From: an uncultured Bacteroidota bacterium
GTDB lineage: Bacteria; Bacteroidota; Bacteroidia; 2-12-FULL-35-15
Assembly (NCBI GenBank): GCA_903926385.1
Contig: CAIYIS010000061.1
Span: 14,864-78,863, forward strand
DNA: 64,000 nt
Direction: 5' to 3'
Shown: positions 26,884 through 37,625 of the stretch, piece by piece
How the letters are laid out: each line of letters starts with the position of its first letter
Numbering within the stretch: position 1 is the first letter of the stretch
The notes under the pieces: generated by a model
Databases searched by the model: none
What the model was told of the DNA's origin: nothing
Seen by the model: the letters and a program-made list of their open reading frames with translations, nothing else
Translations under genes and position numbers: made by a program

Positions 26884-27234
26884 ATGAAAAAAGAAAATGA
26901 TAATGGAAAGAATACCATCAATTCGATGACGTATTTGAATTCAACTATTGATCGACCTTTTCAGATGATGGTTTTACATTTAATACTGAAAGGGAATCGC
27001 AGCTTCAACAAACTTCTGGAAGAAGTGGGTGGAGAAAACAAAAGGTCTGAGCTTTCGGGCACGATAGGACTTTTTAAACTTCATGGTTTAATTAGTGTTG
27101 TTCCGGTGGAAGGTGTAAAAGGAGTAAAGCACTTTTATGAGTCTAGCGAATTGGCTCATGAGTACGAAACCTACATTAAGTTAAAAGCTGAATTAGGAAG
27201 GAAATTATTAGAGCACAGGAAAAATAACCTGTAA
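26884..27234 (+). CDS. Winged-helix transcriptional regulator, HxlR-like (divergent)
   Basis: Pattern VLHLILKGNRSFNKL...ELSGTI....HGLI...HFYE fits the HxlR/MarR wHTH; divergent from 25293-26264. Confidence 0.65.
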   Translation: MKKENDNGKNTINSMTYLNSTIDRPFQMMVLHLILKGNRSFNKLLEEVGGENKRSELSGTIGLFKLHGLISVVPVEGVKGVKHFYESSELAHEYETYIKLKAELGRKLLEHRKNNL

Positions 27235-27356
27235 CCCTACCGATTTATCAGTATCTGCAAGGTGCCGAAAGGCAAAAATGATTATTTCGGGAATAACCGT
27301 TTGTATTGATTTTGCGCAATGCATAGATTTTGTATTGCGCTGTGCGTGGGTAGTAA

Positions 27357-27470
27357 TTAAATAAACAAATGCACATCATCGCCCATTCTTTTCAATTTTC
27401 CATAACGAGAAAAAAGAAAAGGAAGCATGAAGCGCAATATTGAACCGAATAAATGTAGAATAGATTTCAT
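27357..27470 (-). CDS. Candidate 37-aa small protein MKSILHLFGSILRFMLPFLFSRYGKLKRMGDDVHLFI
   Basis: Manual translation, below the ORF-track cutoff; AT-rich TIR with A at -3; TACTTTTG -7 element at 27636-27643 (minus); hairpin at 27314-27340 downstream. Confidence 0.4.
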   Translation of the reverse strand: MKSILHLFGSILRFMLPFLFSRYGKLKRMGDDVHLFI

Positions 27471-27790
27471 GGTAAAAAATATTTTTATAAAATGGGTTTT
27501 CAATTATTCATAAAGAAGCAAACCAAAACTATATTTTATTTAAAAGTTACCGATTCCCTGTTTTTCATAATAAAAACGGATTTTTAACTATCGGTTTCTT
27601 TAAAGAATTAACTGAATACCACATTTTTTTCGATACAAAAGTAGTATGTCTACATTAATAGAATATGAACAGAATACTATTAAAATATGAACGGGAAGCG
27701 TAACCTCAAAAAAAACTAGCACTCTCTGTTGTGTCCAATCATTAAAAAAACTAATTTTACCAAACGAAAAACCACGAAAACTTCTTAACG

Positions 27791-29314
27791 ATGAGCGCCA
27801 AGCTTAACAAAACTGCAAAACACACATCAGTAAAAAACATTAAAACATCTGTAAAATCGACTGCCGTAAAGAGTGTGGTAAAGCTAGCTCATTCACAAAC
27901 TAGCTCTGGTAACACTGAAACAAACCATGAAGCGAGCATTCATCAATATAATGAAATGCGTTTGCAATATGCTCTCGAAGGCAGTAATCAAGGGGTGTGG
28001 GACTGGAATTTGATAACAAATGAAGTGTACTATTCTCCAAAATGGAAAGAGTTGATAGGCTACAAAGATGATGAACTGGAAAATAATTTTGAGGAATGGA
28101 AATCCCGTGTATATCCTGATGACTGGACAAAAATAAGTGATGAAATAAAAAAGACACTGCGTCTGAAAAACTATGATTATAATATAGAGCATCGATTGCT
28201 ATGCAAGAATGGAAGTTACAAATGGATTGAAGCTCGAGGTAAAGTGCTGGAGTACGACAAACGGGGGCGTCCTGCTCGAATGGTGGGAACTCATACCGAT
28301 ATAGCTGCACTTAAACATAACGAAGAGGCTTTGCAGCGCAGCGAAGAGAAGTATCGTGCGCTGGTAGAAAACTCGCCTGTGGTGATTATGACTACAGATG
28401 AGAAGGAGATTATAACTTTTATTAATTTTGATGAGGGCGAAAGTACAACAGAGTATATTATTGGTAAAAGTTTGTATAAATTTTTGAAACCGGAGTATCA
28501 TGTTATGGTGAAAAGGTGTCACAAAAATGTATTTCTAAATAAAGGAATAGAAACGTACGAAACCGAATCTGTGGATGAACATGGTGAACAGATATGGATG
28601 CAAACTCAGGTTGGGCCTATATTCTCGGGGAAAAAAGTTACGGGATTAACCTTGTTTAAATTGAATATTACAACAAGGAAAAATGCTGAAGAAAAAATAA
28701 AGCAGTCGCTCAAAGAAAAAGAAGTACTGCTCAAAGAAGTGCATCATCGGGTAAAAAACAATCTTCAAATCATCTCGAGTATTCTCAATTTGCAAACATC
28801 AAAATCTACAAGCAAAAAAACATTGGAGATAATTTATGATTCGCAAAAACGCATCAAAGCCATGTCGCTTATACATGAGTTGCTTTATCAGTCGGATGAT
28901 TTTTCGAGAATAAATTTTTCTGAATATTTAAATGAGATTCTCACCAACCTGATGTCGTCTTATGTTAGTAGAAAACCAATAACACTAGAACTCGATTCAG
29001 ATAAAATATTTCTAAATCTTGATGTGTCAATTCCTTGTGGGTTGCTTATAAACGAATTGGTGACGAATGCAATGAAATACGCCTTTACTAATCATAAAAA
29101 AGGGATACTCACCGTAAGTTTAAAACGGAAAGATGGTAAAATAGTACTTCGAATAGCCGACAATGGTAAAGGATTACCGGCTCATATTGATTTCAAAAAA
29201 ACAAACTCCCTCGGTATGCAGTTGGTAATTGGCCTAACCGACCAGATAGATGGAACTATAGAGCTTGATAATAGTAATGGCGCTGCTTACACCATCACAT
29301 TTAAAGAAGTTTGA
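27791..29314 (+). CDS. Soluble PAS-PAS sensor histidine kinase (HisKA_2/HWE-like)
   Basis: GVWDWN PAS3; LLKEVHHRVKNNLQ H-box; NELVTNAMKYAF; DNGKG; SLGMQL. Confidence 0.93.
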   Translation: MSAKLNKTAKHTSVKNIKTSVKSTAVKSVVKLAHSQTSSGNTETNHEASIHQYNEMRLQYALEGSNQGVWDWNLITNEVYYSPKWKELIGYKDDELENNFEEWKSRVYPDDWTKISDEIKKTLRLKNYDYNIEHRLLCKNGSYKWIEARGKVLEYDKRGRPARMVGTHTDIAALKHNEEALQRSEEKYRALVENSPVVIMTTDEKEIITFINFDEGESTTEYIIGKSLYKFLKPEYHVMVKRCHKNVFLNKGIETYETESVDEHGEQIWMQTQVGPIFSGKKVTGLTLFKLNITTRKNAEEKIKQSLKEKEVLLKEVHHRVKNNLQIISSILNLQTSKSTSKKTLEIIYDSQKRIKAMSLIHELLYQSDDFSRINFSEYLNEILTNLMSSYVSRKPITLELDSDKIFLNLDVSIPCGLLINELVTNAMKYAFTNHKKGILTVSLKRKDGKIVLRIADNGKGLPAHIDFKKTNSLGMQLVIGLTDQIDGTIELDNSNGAAYTITFKEV

Positions 29315-29454
29315 TATACCTTCAAAAAAGTGTTGTTGTAAAATACAAAACCTATACTAGGCAGAAATATAAGGCAGCACAAACATACACACCAAATAAA
29401 TAGCTGAAATGTGAGTGCATTGCATTACCTTTGTCCTTCATCTAAACTAATACT

Positions 29455-30783
29455 GTGTCGTTCGATAAATTAAATTTAAACAAAGCCCTCATCAGTTCGC
29501 TTGACGATTTGGGGTATGTGGAGCCAACGCCTATTCAGGAAAAAGCCTTCCCTATCATCATGTCGGGCAAGGATGTTATCGGGATAGCTCAAACCGGAAC
29601 AGGTAAAACATTTGCTTATTTATTACCTATACTTCGTAATCTTAAATATTCCGATCAGCGCCATCCACGCGTGCTTATCATTGTTCCAACGCGTGAGCTT
29701 GTTTTGCAAATTGTAAAAGAAATTGAAAAGTTGAGCACCTACACAAGTCTGAGATTTCTGGCTGTGTACGGTGGCACTAATATTAATACCCAGAAACAAC
29801 TTGTATATAACGGAGTGGATATAATTGTAGCCACACCGGGTCGTTTGGTGGATTTGTCGCTTACAGGCATTCTGCGTTTGAAAGACATCAAGCAATTGGT
29901 GATTGATGAATTTGACCAGATGTTGAGTTTGGGCTTCCGTCAGCAGTTGCTTAGTTTTTTGGAAACCATTCCGAACAAACGCCAGAACTTAATGTTTTCG
30001 GCTACTATGAATACCGAGATAGAAGCTGTGATTGCTAAATATTTTTACGAACCGTTAAAAATAGAGATTACCCCACACGGAACTCCGATTGAAAAAATAA
30101 TTCAGTTGTGTTACCATGTGCCTAATTTTAATACCAAAGTTAACCTACTCGAACACCTACTCAAAACAGATGATACACTGAACAAAGTGCTGGTGTTTAC
30201 TTCCACAAAAAAACTTGCCGATAATTTATTTGATGCTATGAAGCTAAGGTTTCCGGACGAAGTGGTGGTTATTCATTCCAATCTTGCGCAAACAGCACGT
30301 ATCAATTCGTTGAAACAATTTCACGAAGGCACAAAACGAGTGTTGATAGCAACCGACATTGTAGCCCGAGGTCTGGATATATCAGATGTTACGCACGTAA
30401 TCAATTTCGATACACCTGATACGCCTGAAGATTATATTCACCGCATAGGCCGTACTGGCCGCGCGAACAAAGCCGGAACAGCTATAACCTTTATCAACGA
30501 AACGGAGCAAGTTTGTCAGGTGGCTATAGAAACCATGATGAATAAAGCTATTCCTTATGAATCGTTGCCGGAAGAAGTAGTGATTTCGAAGGTACTTACC
30601 GATGACGAAATACCGAAGATGATTGATAAGATTAAGCAGAAAAAAGGGAAAGATACCTATGTTCCCGGGCCGGCATTTCACGAGAAAAAACTAAAGAATC
30701 AGAAAGTAAATCTTGGTGGCCCTGGTCGCAAAGAGAAACTGAAAGGCAAAGACGCCAAGATAAGAACCTACAGAAGAAATTAG
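29455..30783 (+). CDS. DEAD/DEAH-box RNA helicase (RhlE-like; motif II DEFD)
   Basis: Q motif PTPIQ, AQTGTGKT, PTREL, TPGRL, DEFD, SAT, ARGLD, HRIGRTGR; TACCTTTG promoter element at 29426. Confidence 0.95.
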   Translation: MSFDKLNLNKALISSLDDLGYVEPTPIQEKAFPIIMSGKDVIGIAQTGTGKTFAYLLPILRNLKYSDQRHPRVLIIVPTRELVLQIVKEIEKLSTYTSLRFLAVYGGTNINTQKQLVYNGVDIIVATPGRLVDLSLTGILRLKDIKQLVIDEFDQMLSLGFRQQLLSFLETIPNKRQNLMFSATMNTEIEAVIAKYFYEPLKIEITPHGTPIEKIIQLCYHVPNFNTKVNLLEHLLKTDDTLNKVLVFTSTKKLADNLFDAMKLRFPDEVVVIHSNLAQTARINSLKQFHEGTKRVLIATDIVARGLDISDVTHVINFDTPDTPEDYIHRIGRTGRANKAGTAITFINETEQVCQVAIETMMNKAIPYESLPEEVVISKVLTDDEIPKMIDKIKQKKGKDTYVPGPAFHEKKLKNQKVNLGGPGRKEKLKGKDAKIRTYRRN

Positions 30784-30807
30784 TGGTAGCACTAAATTCC
30801 TTTGTTC

Positions 30808-32079
30808 TTATTTTCGAATAATAAGTTTATTGTTTTGCCTTTTGTTTTTCGAAACAAGTTCTGTTATGTACACCCCGTTGGTCAGATAACTTACATTTAT
30901 TTGTTGTTTGTTATGCCAGATTGTTTCGCTACCTGCCAACTGCCCTAAAACAGTGTAGATATTTAAAGTCATGGCTTCTCTCAACATTATTCCGGTATTA
31001 ATTGTTATCAGGTCAGATGCTGGGTTAGGTTCTATGTAGTTCTCGGAAAAGCCTGCGTTATCTGTATTTTCAACATCCACCGACTGATTACAATCCAATG
31101 TGGCTGTTCCTGTAAAGTGAATCTGAAAACCACTCTGAGTAGCATTAGCATTGTTCAGAACCATATAATAGATTTCACCGGCATTCACATTAATGCTTGG
31201 ACACATAGGGTTTCCCGGACCGGGAGGAGTAAAATAAGATGTTCCCGATGGGTCGATTCCCGTAATTCCGTTAGCTCCCATCGAACTGCTGGCATTGCAG
31301 GCAACAGGGTTTGGAGGATTCACCGTATCATAATTTGTACAAAAGTTGGGGTTGTTATCTTGAAACAAAACCCAGTCGTAGTCAGGATAGAACCCCGTTG
31401 CAGTAGAATCGGGATATATCATAAATACAAGTGTTCCTGAATTACCGATTTTAAATTTCAGCCAATGGCTTTGAAACTCCGGACTTCCGCAAATATTGCT
31501 TTGCCCCATCAGCTCTGTTATAGTACCATTTCCTAAAGCGTTTTGCGGAAAAACTTCCATCTGATTACAAATAAATGAAGCAGCATGACAGTCGGAATGT
31601 GCTTGAACCAAACAGATATGAAAGGTGCCTGTGGAGCTGCTACCAGCATTCCAAAAACGAATATGAATGGTGTCTCCGGGAATGAAATCAGTACGATCAA
31701 TGATAGGCATAAAGCTTGCACCGGCATCGTCACTGCAATCTATAAACTGAAGATTATTACAAGGACCGTGGTAAACAGCCATTGCTCCATCGGTAATCGT
31801 TCCGGCAGTGGTGGCAACACTAACCGCTCCGGAAGCAGGTACAATAAACGAATACCAAACATCAGGCGTTCCGGGAAAACCACAAGAAGGAGTGCCCCCA
31901 TTAGCTGCATCATTTTGGTATGTAGCTCCCACCGTTGTACCCGTTACATAGGAACAATTTAATGTATTTACCGTTAATAAAGGCGCACCACAGGGTGTGT
32001 TGGATTGAGAAAAATAAATATTTAAACAGAAAAAGTTTAAAATGACGAGGAGAATAATTTTTTTCATTATTTGATTCAT
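30808..32079 (-). CDS. Cys-rich T9SS type A sorting domain protein
   Basis: Signal peptide; DVWYSF and DYDW adhesin-like motifs; CTD IEPNPA...GVYI...KLIIRK. Confidence 0.85.
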   Translation of the reverse strand: MNQIMKKIILLVILNFFCLNIYFSQSNTPCGAPLLTVNTLNCSYVTGTTVGATYQNDAANGGTPSCGFPGTPDVWYSFIVPASGAVSVATTAGTITDGAMAVYHGPCNNLQFIDCSDDAGASFMPIIDRTDFIPGDTIHIRFWNAGSSSTGTFHICLVQAHSDCHAASFICNQMEVFPQNALGNGTITELMGQSNICGSPEFQSHWLKFKIGNSGTLVFMIYPDSTATGFYPDYDWVLFQDNNPNFCTNYDTVNPPNPVACNASSSMGANGITGIDPSGTSYFTPPGPGNPMCPSINVNAGEIYYMVLNNANATQSGFQIHFTGTATLDCNQSVDVENTDNAGFSENYIEPNPASDLITINTGIMLREAMTLNIYTVLGQLAGSETIWHNKQQINVSYLTNGVYITELVSKNKRQNNKLIIRK

Positions 32080-32390
32080 TTAATTGTTCAAACTTAATAA
32101 ACAAGATACTCTTTCAAAGGATGAATAATCAAGTATCTTTAGCCGATTACAAAAGTAAATGAAATAAATGTGATTTAAAAATTAGTTTTAGCTCTAAAAA
32201 ACTATTGATATTATAGGTATGTTATTTTTACGGTTGTTTAGATTTTTTGAAAGACTATTTAATTACGGGAAAACGTATTGTTAATCGCTTTTAATTCCTA
32301 TCAAATTCATAATATTTATTAAAGATGATATTTTTATAACTATCGCACATTTTCAGACTATACTAATTCGTATCTTTCGGCCTTGTAAAA

Positions 32391-33644
32391 ATGGAAATTC
32401 TAATTAAAAACATAAAACAATTAGTCCAGGTTGAAGTTGAACCCAAACTAAAGGTGTCAGGTCGCGACATGAAACAGCTTCCTTGCATCGATGATGCATG
32501 GTTGGCTATAGAAGATGATACGATTGCCGGGTTTGGTAAAATGCAGGACTGGGAAGGCATTTCCGATTGGTCTAACCTAACTGTTATTGACGCAACCGAT
32601 AAAATTGTAATGCCGAGTTATTGCGACAGTCACACACATCTTGTTTATGCCGGTACGCGTGAAACAGAATTTGCCGACCGCATTAATGGCCTTACCTACG
32701 AAGAAATATTTGCAAGAGGAGGAGGCATTTTAAACTCTGCTAAAAAACTTGCTGAAGCATCTGAAGAGGAATTGATGCAAAGCGCGATGGTTCGTCTGGA
32801 AGAAATCATAATGCAAGGCACAGGAGCAGTTGAAATAAAAAGTGGCTACGGACTAAGTACAGATTCGGAACTGAAAATGCTGAGAGTTATCAAAAAGCTG
32901 AAGAGTATTTCACCATTAACTATTAAGTCTACATTCCTTGGCGCACATGCGGTACCTGCCAATTATAAAGGAAACAAACGAGGGTACATAGATTTGTTGA
33001 CAAATGAAATGATGCCTATTATAGCTACCGAAGGGCTTGCTGATTATTGTGATGTTTTCTGCGAACAAAACTATTTTACAAAAGAAGAAACTATTGAGAT
33101 TCTCAATGCAGGTAAGTGGTATGGGATGATTCCTAAAGTTCATGCAGAACAGTTAAGTAATTTTGGAGGTACTCTGGCCGGAGTAGAAACCGGTGCTATC
33201 AGTGTTGATCACCTTGAATATGTAGGTGAAAAAGAGATTGAGGCTTTACAGAATTCGGATACCATTTCCACTATATTACCAGGAGCAGCTTTCTTTCTTA
33301 ATCTGCCATTTCCTCCTGCGCGCAAAATGATAGATGCAGGTTTACCGGTTGCTCTGGCAAGCGATTTCAATCCGGGTAGTTGTCCAAGTGGCAACATGAA
33401 TTTGATGATGTCCATTGGATGCATTCAGTATAAAATGACACCCGAAGAAGTAATCAATGCAGCCACCATTAACGGTGCATACGCCATGGATTTGAGTAAA
33501 ACGCATGGAAGTATAGCTGTTGGAAAGCAGGCAAATGTTTTTATCACCAATAAAATATCAGGCTATTCCTTTATTCCTTATGCTTTCGGAAGCAATCCTG
33601 CAGAAACAATTATTTTAAACGGAAAATTAATTAATAGAAAATAA
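32391..33644 (+). CDS. hutI: Imidazolonepropionase
   Basis: DSHTHLV, GGGI, EIKSGYGL, FLGAH, KVHAEQ, SVDHLE, ASDFNPG. Confidence 0.96.
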   Translation: MEILIKNIKQLVQVEVEPKLKVSGRDMKQLPCIDDAWLAIEDDTIAGFGKMQDWEGISDWSNLTVIDATDKIVMPSYCDSHTHLVYAGTRETEFADRINGLTYEEIFARGGGILNSAKKLAEASEEELMQSAMVRLEEIIMQGTGAVEIKSGYGLSTDSELKMLRVIKKLKSISPLTIKSTFLGAHAVPANYKGNKRGYIDLLTNEMMPIIATEGLADYCDVFCEQNYFTKEETIEILNAGKWYGMIPKVHAEQLSNFGGTLAGVETGAISVDHLEYVGEKEIEALQNSDTISTILPGAAFFLNLPFPPARKMIDAGLPVALASDFNPGSCPSGNMNLMMSIGCIQYKMTPEEVINAATINGAYAMDLSKTHGSIAVGKQANVFITNKISGYSFIPYAFGSNPAETIILNGKLINRK

Positions 33645-33658
33645 ATCAAGAAATAACA

Positions 33659-35347
33659 ATGAATCAATTAATCGAATGTGTTCCTAATTTTTCGGAAGGG
33701 AACGATATAAATATTATCAAACAAATTACCAACGAAATTGAATCTGTAGAAGGAGTAAAATTACTTAATGTGGATCCGGGAAAAGCAACCAACAGAACCG
33801 TTGTTACTTTTGTTGGCCATCCTGAAGCTGTTGTAAATGCAGCTTTTTTAGCAATGAAAAAGGCAGCAGAATTAATCGACATGAGCAAACACAAAGGAGA
33901 ACATCCTCGAATGGGCGCCACTGATGTTTGTCCGTTGATTCCTATTTCCGGAATAAGCATGGAAGAGACAGCTGAATATGCAAAGAAATTAGGTGAAAGA
34001 GTAGGTAAAGAATTAAATATAGCTGTGTACTTGTATGAGGCTGCGCAAAAGGATGCAAATAGAAACAACCTTTCCGTTATCAGAAATGGAGAATATGAAG
34101 GGTTCTTCAAAAAAATAAAACTGCCGGAATGGAAACCCGATTTCGGCCCTACTGAACATTCTGTAAAATCAGGATCAACAGTAATAGGTGCCAGAGATTT
34201 TCTGGTAGCGTATAATGTCAATTTGAATACAACATCAACCAGAAGAGCAAATGCAATAGCATTTGATGTTAGAGAGGCCGGAAGAGTGAAACGGGAAGGA
34301 AACTCTGTTACAGGGAAAATTGTAACAGATGATAAAGGTAATCCTATAAACATTCCCGGCTCATTAAAATGCGTAAAAGCCATAGGATGGTTTATTGAAG
34401 AGTATGGAATAGCGCAGATATCAATGAACCTTACAAATATTAATACAACGCCTGTGCATATTGCATTTGATGAAGTTTGCAAAAAGTCAAATCAGAGGGG
34501 AATACGAGTAACTGGCTCGGAGTTGGTAGGTTTGGTTCCTCTCAAATCAATGTTGGATGCAGGACGTTATTTTCTGGAAAAACAGAATCGTTCAACAGGT
34601 GTTTCTGAAAAGGAATTAATAAAGATAGCGGTTAAATCTCTTGGTTTAGATGAACTCGGTGCATTCAAACCCGAAGAACGAATCATAGAATACTTACTGA
34701 GTAATGATGCCTCATCTGCTCGGTTAATAAAAATGAACTTAGTTGAATTTGCTGACGAAACTGCGAGCGAAAGTCCGGCACCGGGAGGAGGTTCTATTTC
34801 TGCTTATATCGGAGCACTTGGAATTTCACTCGGAACAATGGTTGCCAATTTATCTTCCCACAAACCGGGTTGGGACGATAGATGGAAAGAGTTTTCTGAT
34901 TGGGCAGAAAAAGGACAATTCTACAAGAATGAATTACTAAAGTTGGTAGATGAAGATACAAATGCATTCAATCGAATAATGACAGCATTTGGATTACCTA
35001 AAACCACAGATGAAGAAAAAAAGGCAAGAACACTAGCTATTCAGGAAGCTACCAAATATGCTACTGAAGTTCCGTTTAAAGTAATGAAAACTTGTTTCGA
35101 CTCATTAACCGTAATTAAAGCAATGACAGAAATTGGAAATCCAAATTCAATTACCGATGCAGGTGTTGGAGCGTTGTGTGCAAGGTCTGCCGTTTTAGGA
35201 GCCTTTCTCAATGTAAAAATAAATGCATCCGGATTGACTGATAAAAATTTCGCTTCCCAGATAATTGAGGAAGGCAGAGTGATTGAAACAAAAACTAAAC
35301 TGATAGAAGAAGAAATTCTGAATTACATTAATTCGAAAATTAAATAA
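33659..35347 (+). CDS. ftcD: Bifunctional glutamate formimidoyltransferase / formimidoyl-THF cyclodeaminase
   Basis: IECVPNFSEG, HKGEHPRMGATDVCP, GSELVGLVP and C-terminal cyclodeaminase SPAPGGGS; adjacent to hutI. Confidence 0.95.
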   Translation: MNQLIECVPNFSEGNDINIIKQITNEIESVEGVKLLNVDPGKATNRTVVTFVGHPEAVVNAAFLAMKKAAELIDMSKHKGEHPRMGATDVCPLIPISGISMEETAEYAKKLGERVGKELNIAVYLYEAAQKDANRNNLSVIRNGEYEGFFKKIKLPEWKPDFGPTEHSVKSGSTVIGARDFLVAYNVNLNTTSTRRANAIAFDVREAGRVKREGNSVTGKIVTDDKGNPINIPGSLKCVKAIGWFIEEYGIAQISMNLTNINTTPVHIAFDEVCKKSNQRGIRVTGSELVGLVPLKSMLDAGRYFLEKQNRSTGVSEKELIKIAVKSLGLDELGAFKPEERIIEYLLSNDASSARLIKMNLVEFADETASESPAPGGGSISAYIGALGISLGTMVANLSSHKPGWDDRWKEFSDWAEKGQFYKNELLKLVDEDTNAFNRIMTAFGLPKTTDEEKKARTLAIQEATKYATEVPFKVMKTCFDSLTVIKAMTEIGNPNSITDAGVGALCARSAVLGAFLNVKINASGLTDKNFASQIIEEGRVIETKTKLIEEEILNYINSKIK

Positions 35348-37624
35348 ATGTCGTTTAGTAGTACAATCAGGAAAAGAATTAATAAGCATCCGTTATTCAG
35401 ACGAATCTTCTTTTCATTTCCTTTTCGTCTGCTTCTTCTCGACATAAAAAAGAATTCAGCTTTACTGATATTCTGGTTGTTTTTCTTTGGAGCTGTTACC
35501 AATGCCATATCACCTGCATACGGTGTAGCATTTCTCTTCTGGGGCCCGGAATATCTTGACAACTTAAATTTCTTTTCTTACTTCTTATTAGGGTTTTCCT
35601 GCGGAGGTTTTATTATGGCTTATAACATTGCAAGCTTCATAAAAAACGCTTTTCGTTTTCCTTTTCTTGCTTCGTTAAGATTTCCATTTCTGAAATATTG
35701 TTTAAATAATTTCGTCATTGCATTAAGCTTTATTATTCTCTTTTGTTTTCAGATTTTCTGGTTTCTAAAAGGTGAAGATGTGATGAGTATTGGTAAAATT
35801 CTTTTTATGATTTTTGCTTTTCTCATGGGAATTGCCATTTCACTCTTTGTTTCTATCATTTACTTTTATCGAACCAATAAAGATATCTTTAAACTTTTCG
35901 GACTAAAGCAGAAACCAGAAATGAGTGTAAAAACCGAAACGAAAATTACGGGAGAGCGAAACCTTCGATTAATAAAAGAATCTCGCGACTGGTATGTTGA
36001 AACCTATTTAAGCACTCCCTTTAATTTGCGTTTGGTGAGACCTGTAAGCCATTATAAAAAAGAAATGCTAAAAGATGTTATACGTCAAAATCATCATTCA
36101 GCATTCTGGTTTCAACTCATTATTATTGGAACAATAATTAGTCTTGGATTATTGGGCGATATAGATATTTTTCAGATACCAGCAAGTGCAAGTTTATTTC
36201 TATTATTTACTATGTTTATCATGGTCTATAGTTCATTCTACAGATGGTTCAGAGGGTGGTCTACACCTGTTTTTATTCTATTTTTAGTCGGCTTTAATTA
36301 CATTCACAAAATCGAATTCTTATCAACTGATCGGGCCTACGGATTAAATTACAATACTACCAAATCTGAATATAGTTATGAAAGTTTTAAGAAAATTGAC
36401 AAACAGTATAATTATTTAAAAGATGATTATAACCAAACTATACAAGTTCTTGAAAGATGGAAAACTAAGAACACTTCGATAGCACATCCTGATAAAAAAC
36501 CGAAATTAATTTTGATCAATACAAGTGGCGGAGGATTGCGCTCTTCTTTATGGACTTTATACACGCTCATGTATGCTGATAGTTTATCGAATGGAAAGCT
36601 ATTTTCTCAAACACAATTAATAACGGGCTCTTCTGGAGGAATGATTGGTGCTGCTTTTTTTCGCGAATTGAATTTATTGAAACAAAAGAACCAAAGCACT
36701 AATATTTACGACAAAAAATATTTAACCGATATTTCCAAAGATCTACTTAACCCCATTGCATTTAAGGTAGCCACAAGCGAATGGTTGTTTCCGATGCAAA
36801 GTTTCAGCATGGATGGAAATCGTTATCCAAAGGACAGAGCGTATTCATTCGAAACCAAACTTGGGGAAAATCTGAATCACATTTTCAATAAACGCTTGGG
36901 TGATTATAAGTTTCCTGAAGAAAATTCGAACGTTCCAATGATGGTCTTTTCTCCATCGATTGTTAATGATGGCAGAAAACTTCTTATTTCCCCCCTTGGA
37001 GTTTCTTATTTAACCCAAAACTCCAGAACTTCAAAAATATTTTACAATCGTTTGTTTGATGGAGTAGAGTTCTCCCGCTTTTTCAAAAAACAAAATGCTG
37101 AAAAAACATTATTCACTAGTGTGATGAGGATGAGTGCCACTTTTCCTTACATCTCTCCCGTTGTTTCATTGCCTTCCGAACCAAGAATCGAAATTATGGA
37201 TGCCGGATTACGCGATAACTATGGTCTCGAAACTAGCCTTCGATTTATAAAAACATTTAACGACTGGATAGAACAAAATACAAGCGGAGTTGTAATCATT
37301 CAGATTAGAGACAAGCATAAAAATGATCAGATAGATGATAATCCTTCTACTACATTAATGCAAGCACTAACTCGACCCATGGGAAGTTTCTATGGAAATC
37401 TTTTTGATGTTCAGGATTACAATCAAAACCAGCAAATAATTACTGCTGATTTATGGTGCAAGTCCAAAATCGAAATAATCGACTTGCAGTTGAGAAATAA
37501 TTCTAAAGACCACATTTCTCTTAGCTGGCATCTCACTAATAAAGAAAAAAGAAAAGTACTTGCATCTTTAGATCTTCCCGAAAATCAAACAGCAATCAGA
37601 CGAATTGTAGAATTGCTAAAATAA
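35348..37624 (+). CDS. Multi-TM membrane protein with a C-terminal patatin/cPLA2-like phospholipase domain
   Basis: Several TM helices, then SGGGLRS oxyanion loop, GSSGG nucleophile motif and DAG aspartate motif. Confidence 0.8.
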   Translation: MSFSSTIRKRINKHPLFRRIFFSFPFRLLLLDIKKNSALLIFWLFFFGAVTNAISPAYGVAFLFWGPEYLDNLNFFSYFLLGFSCGGFIMAYNIASFIKNAFRFPFLASLRFPFLKYCLNNFVIALSFIILFCFQIFWFLKGEDVMSIGKILFMIFAFLMGIAISLFVSIIYFYRTNKDIFKLFGLKQKPEMSVKTETKITGERNLRLIKESRDWYVETYLSTPFNLRLVRPVSHYKKEMLKDVIRQNHHSAFWFQLIIIGTIISLGLLGDIDIFQIPASASLFLLFTMFIMVYSSFYRWFRGWSTPVFILFLVGFNYIHKIEFLSTDRAYGLNYNTTKSEYSYESFKKIDKQYNYLKDDYNQTIQVLERWKTKNTSIAHPDKKPKLILINTSGGGLRSSLWTLYTLMYADSLSNGKLFSQTQLITGSSGGMIGAAFFRELNLLKQKNQSTNIYDKKYLTDISKDLLNPIAFKVATSEWLFPMQSFSMDGNRYPKDRAYSFETKLGENLNHIFNKRLGDYKFPEENSNVPMMVFSPSIVNDGRKLLISPLGVSYLTQNSRTSKIFYNRLFDGVEFSRFFKKQNAEKTLFTSVMRMSATFPYISPVVSLPSEPRIEIMDAGLRDNYGLETSLRFIKTFNDWIEQNTSGVVIIQIRDKHKNDQIDDNPSTTLMQALTRPMGSFYGNLFDVQDYNQNQQIITADLWCKSKIEIIDLQLRNNSKDHISLSWHLTNKEKRKVLASLDLPENQTAIRRIVELLK

Positions 37625-37625
37625 G

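Noticed and set aside
33664-34482. 272-aa antisense ORF within ftcD, and the many other antisense or nested ORFs in the track
   Set aside because: They are shadows of well-supported genes on the opposite strand or frame and have no motifs of their own.
32391-35347. hutI with bifunctional FTCD as a novelty
   Set aside because: The folate-dependent histidine degradation route is already known in bacteria, including Bacteroidota.
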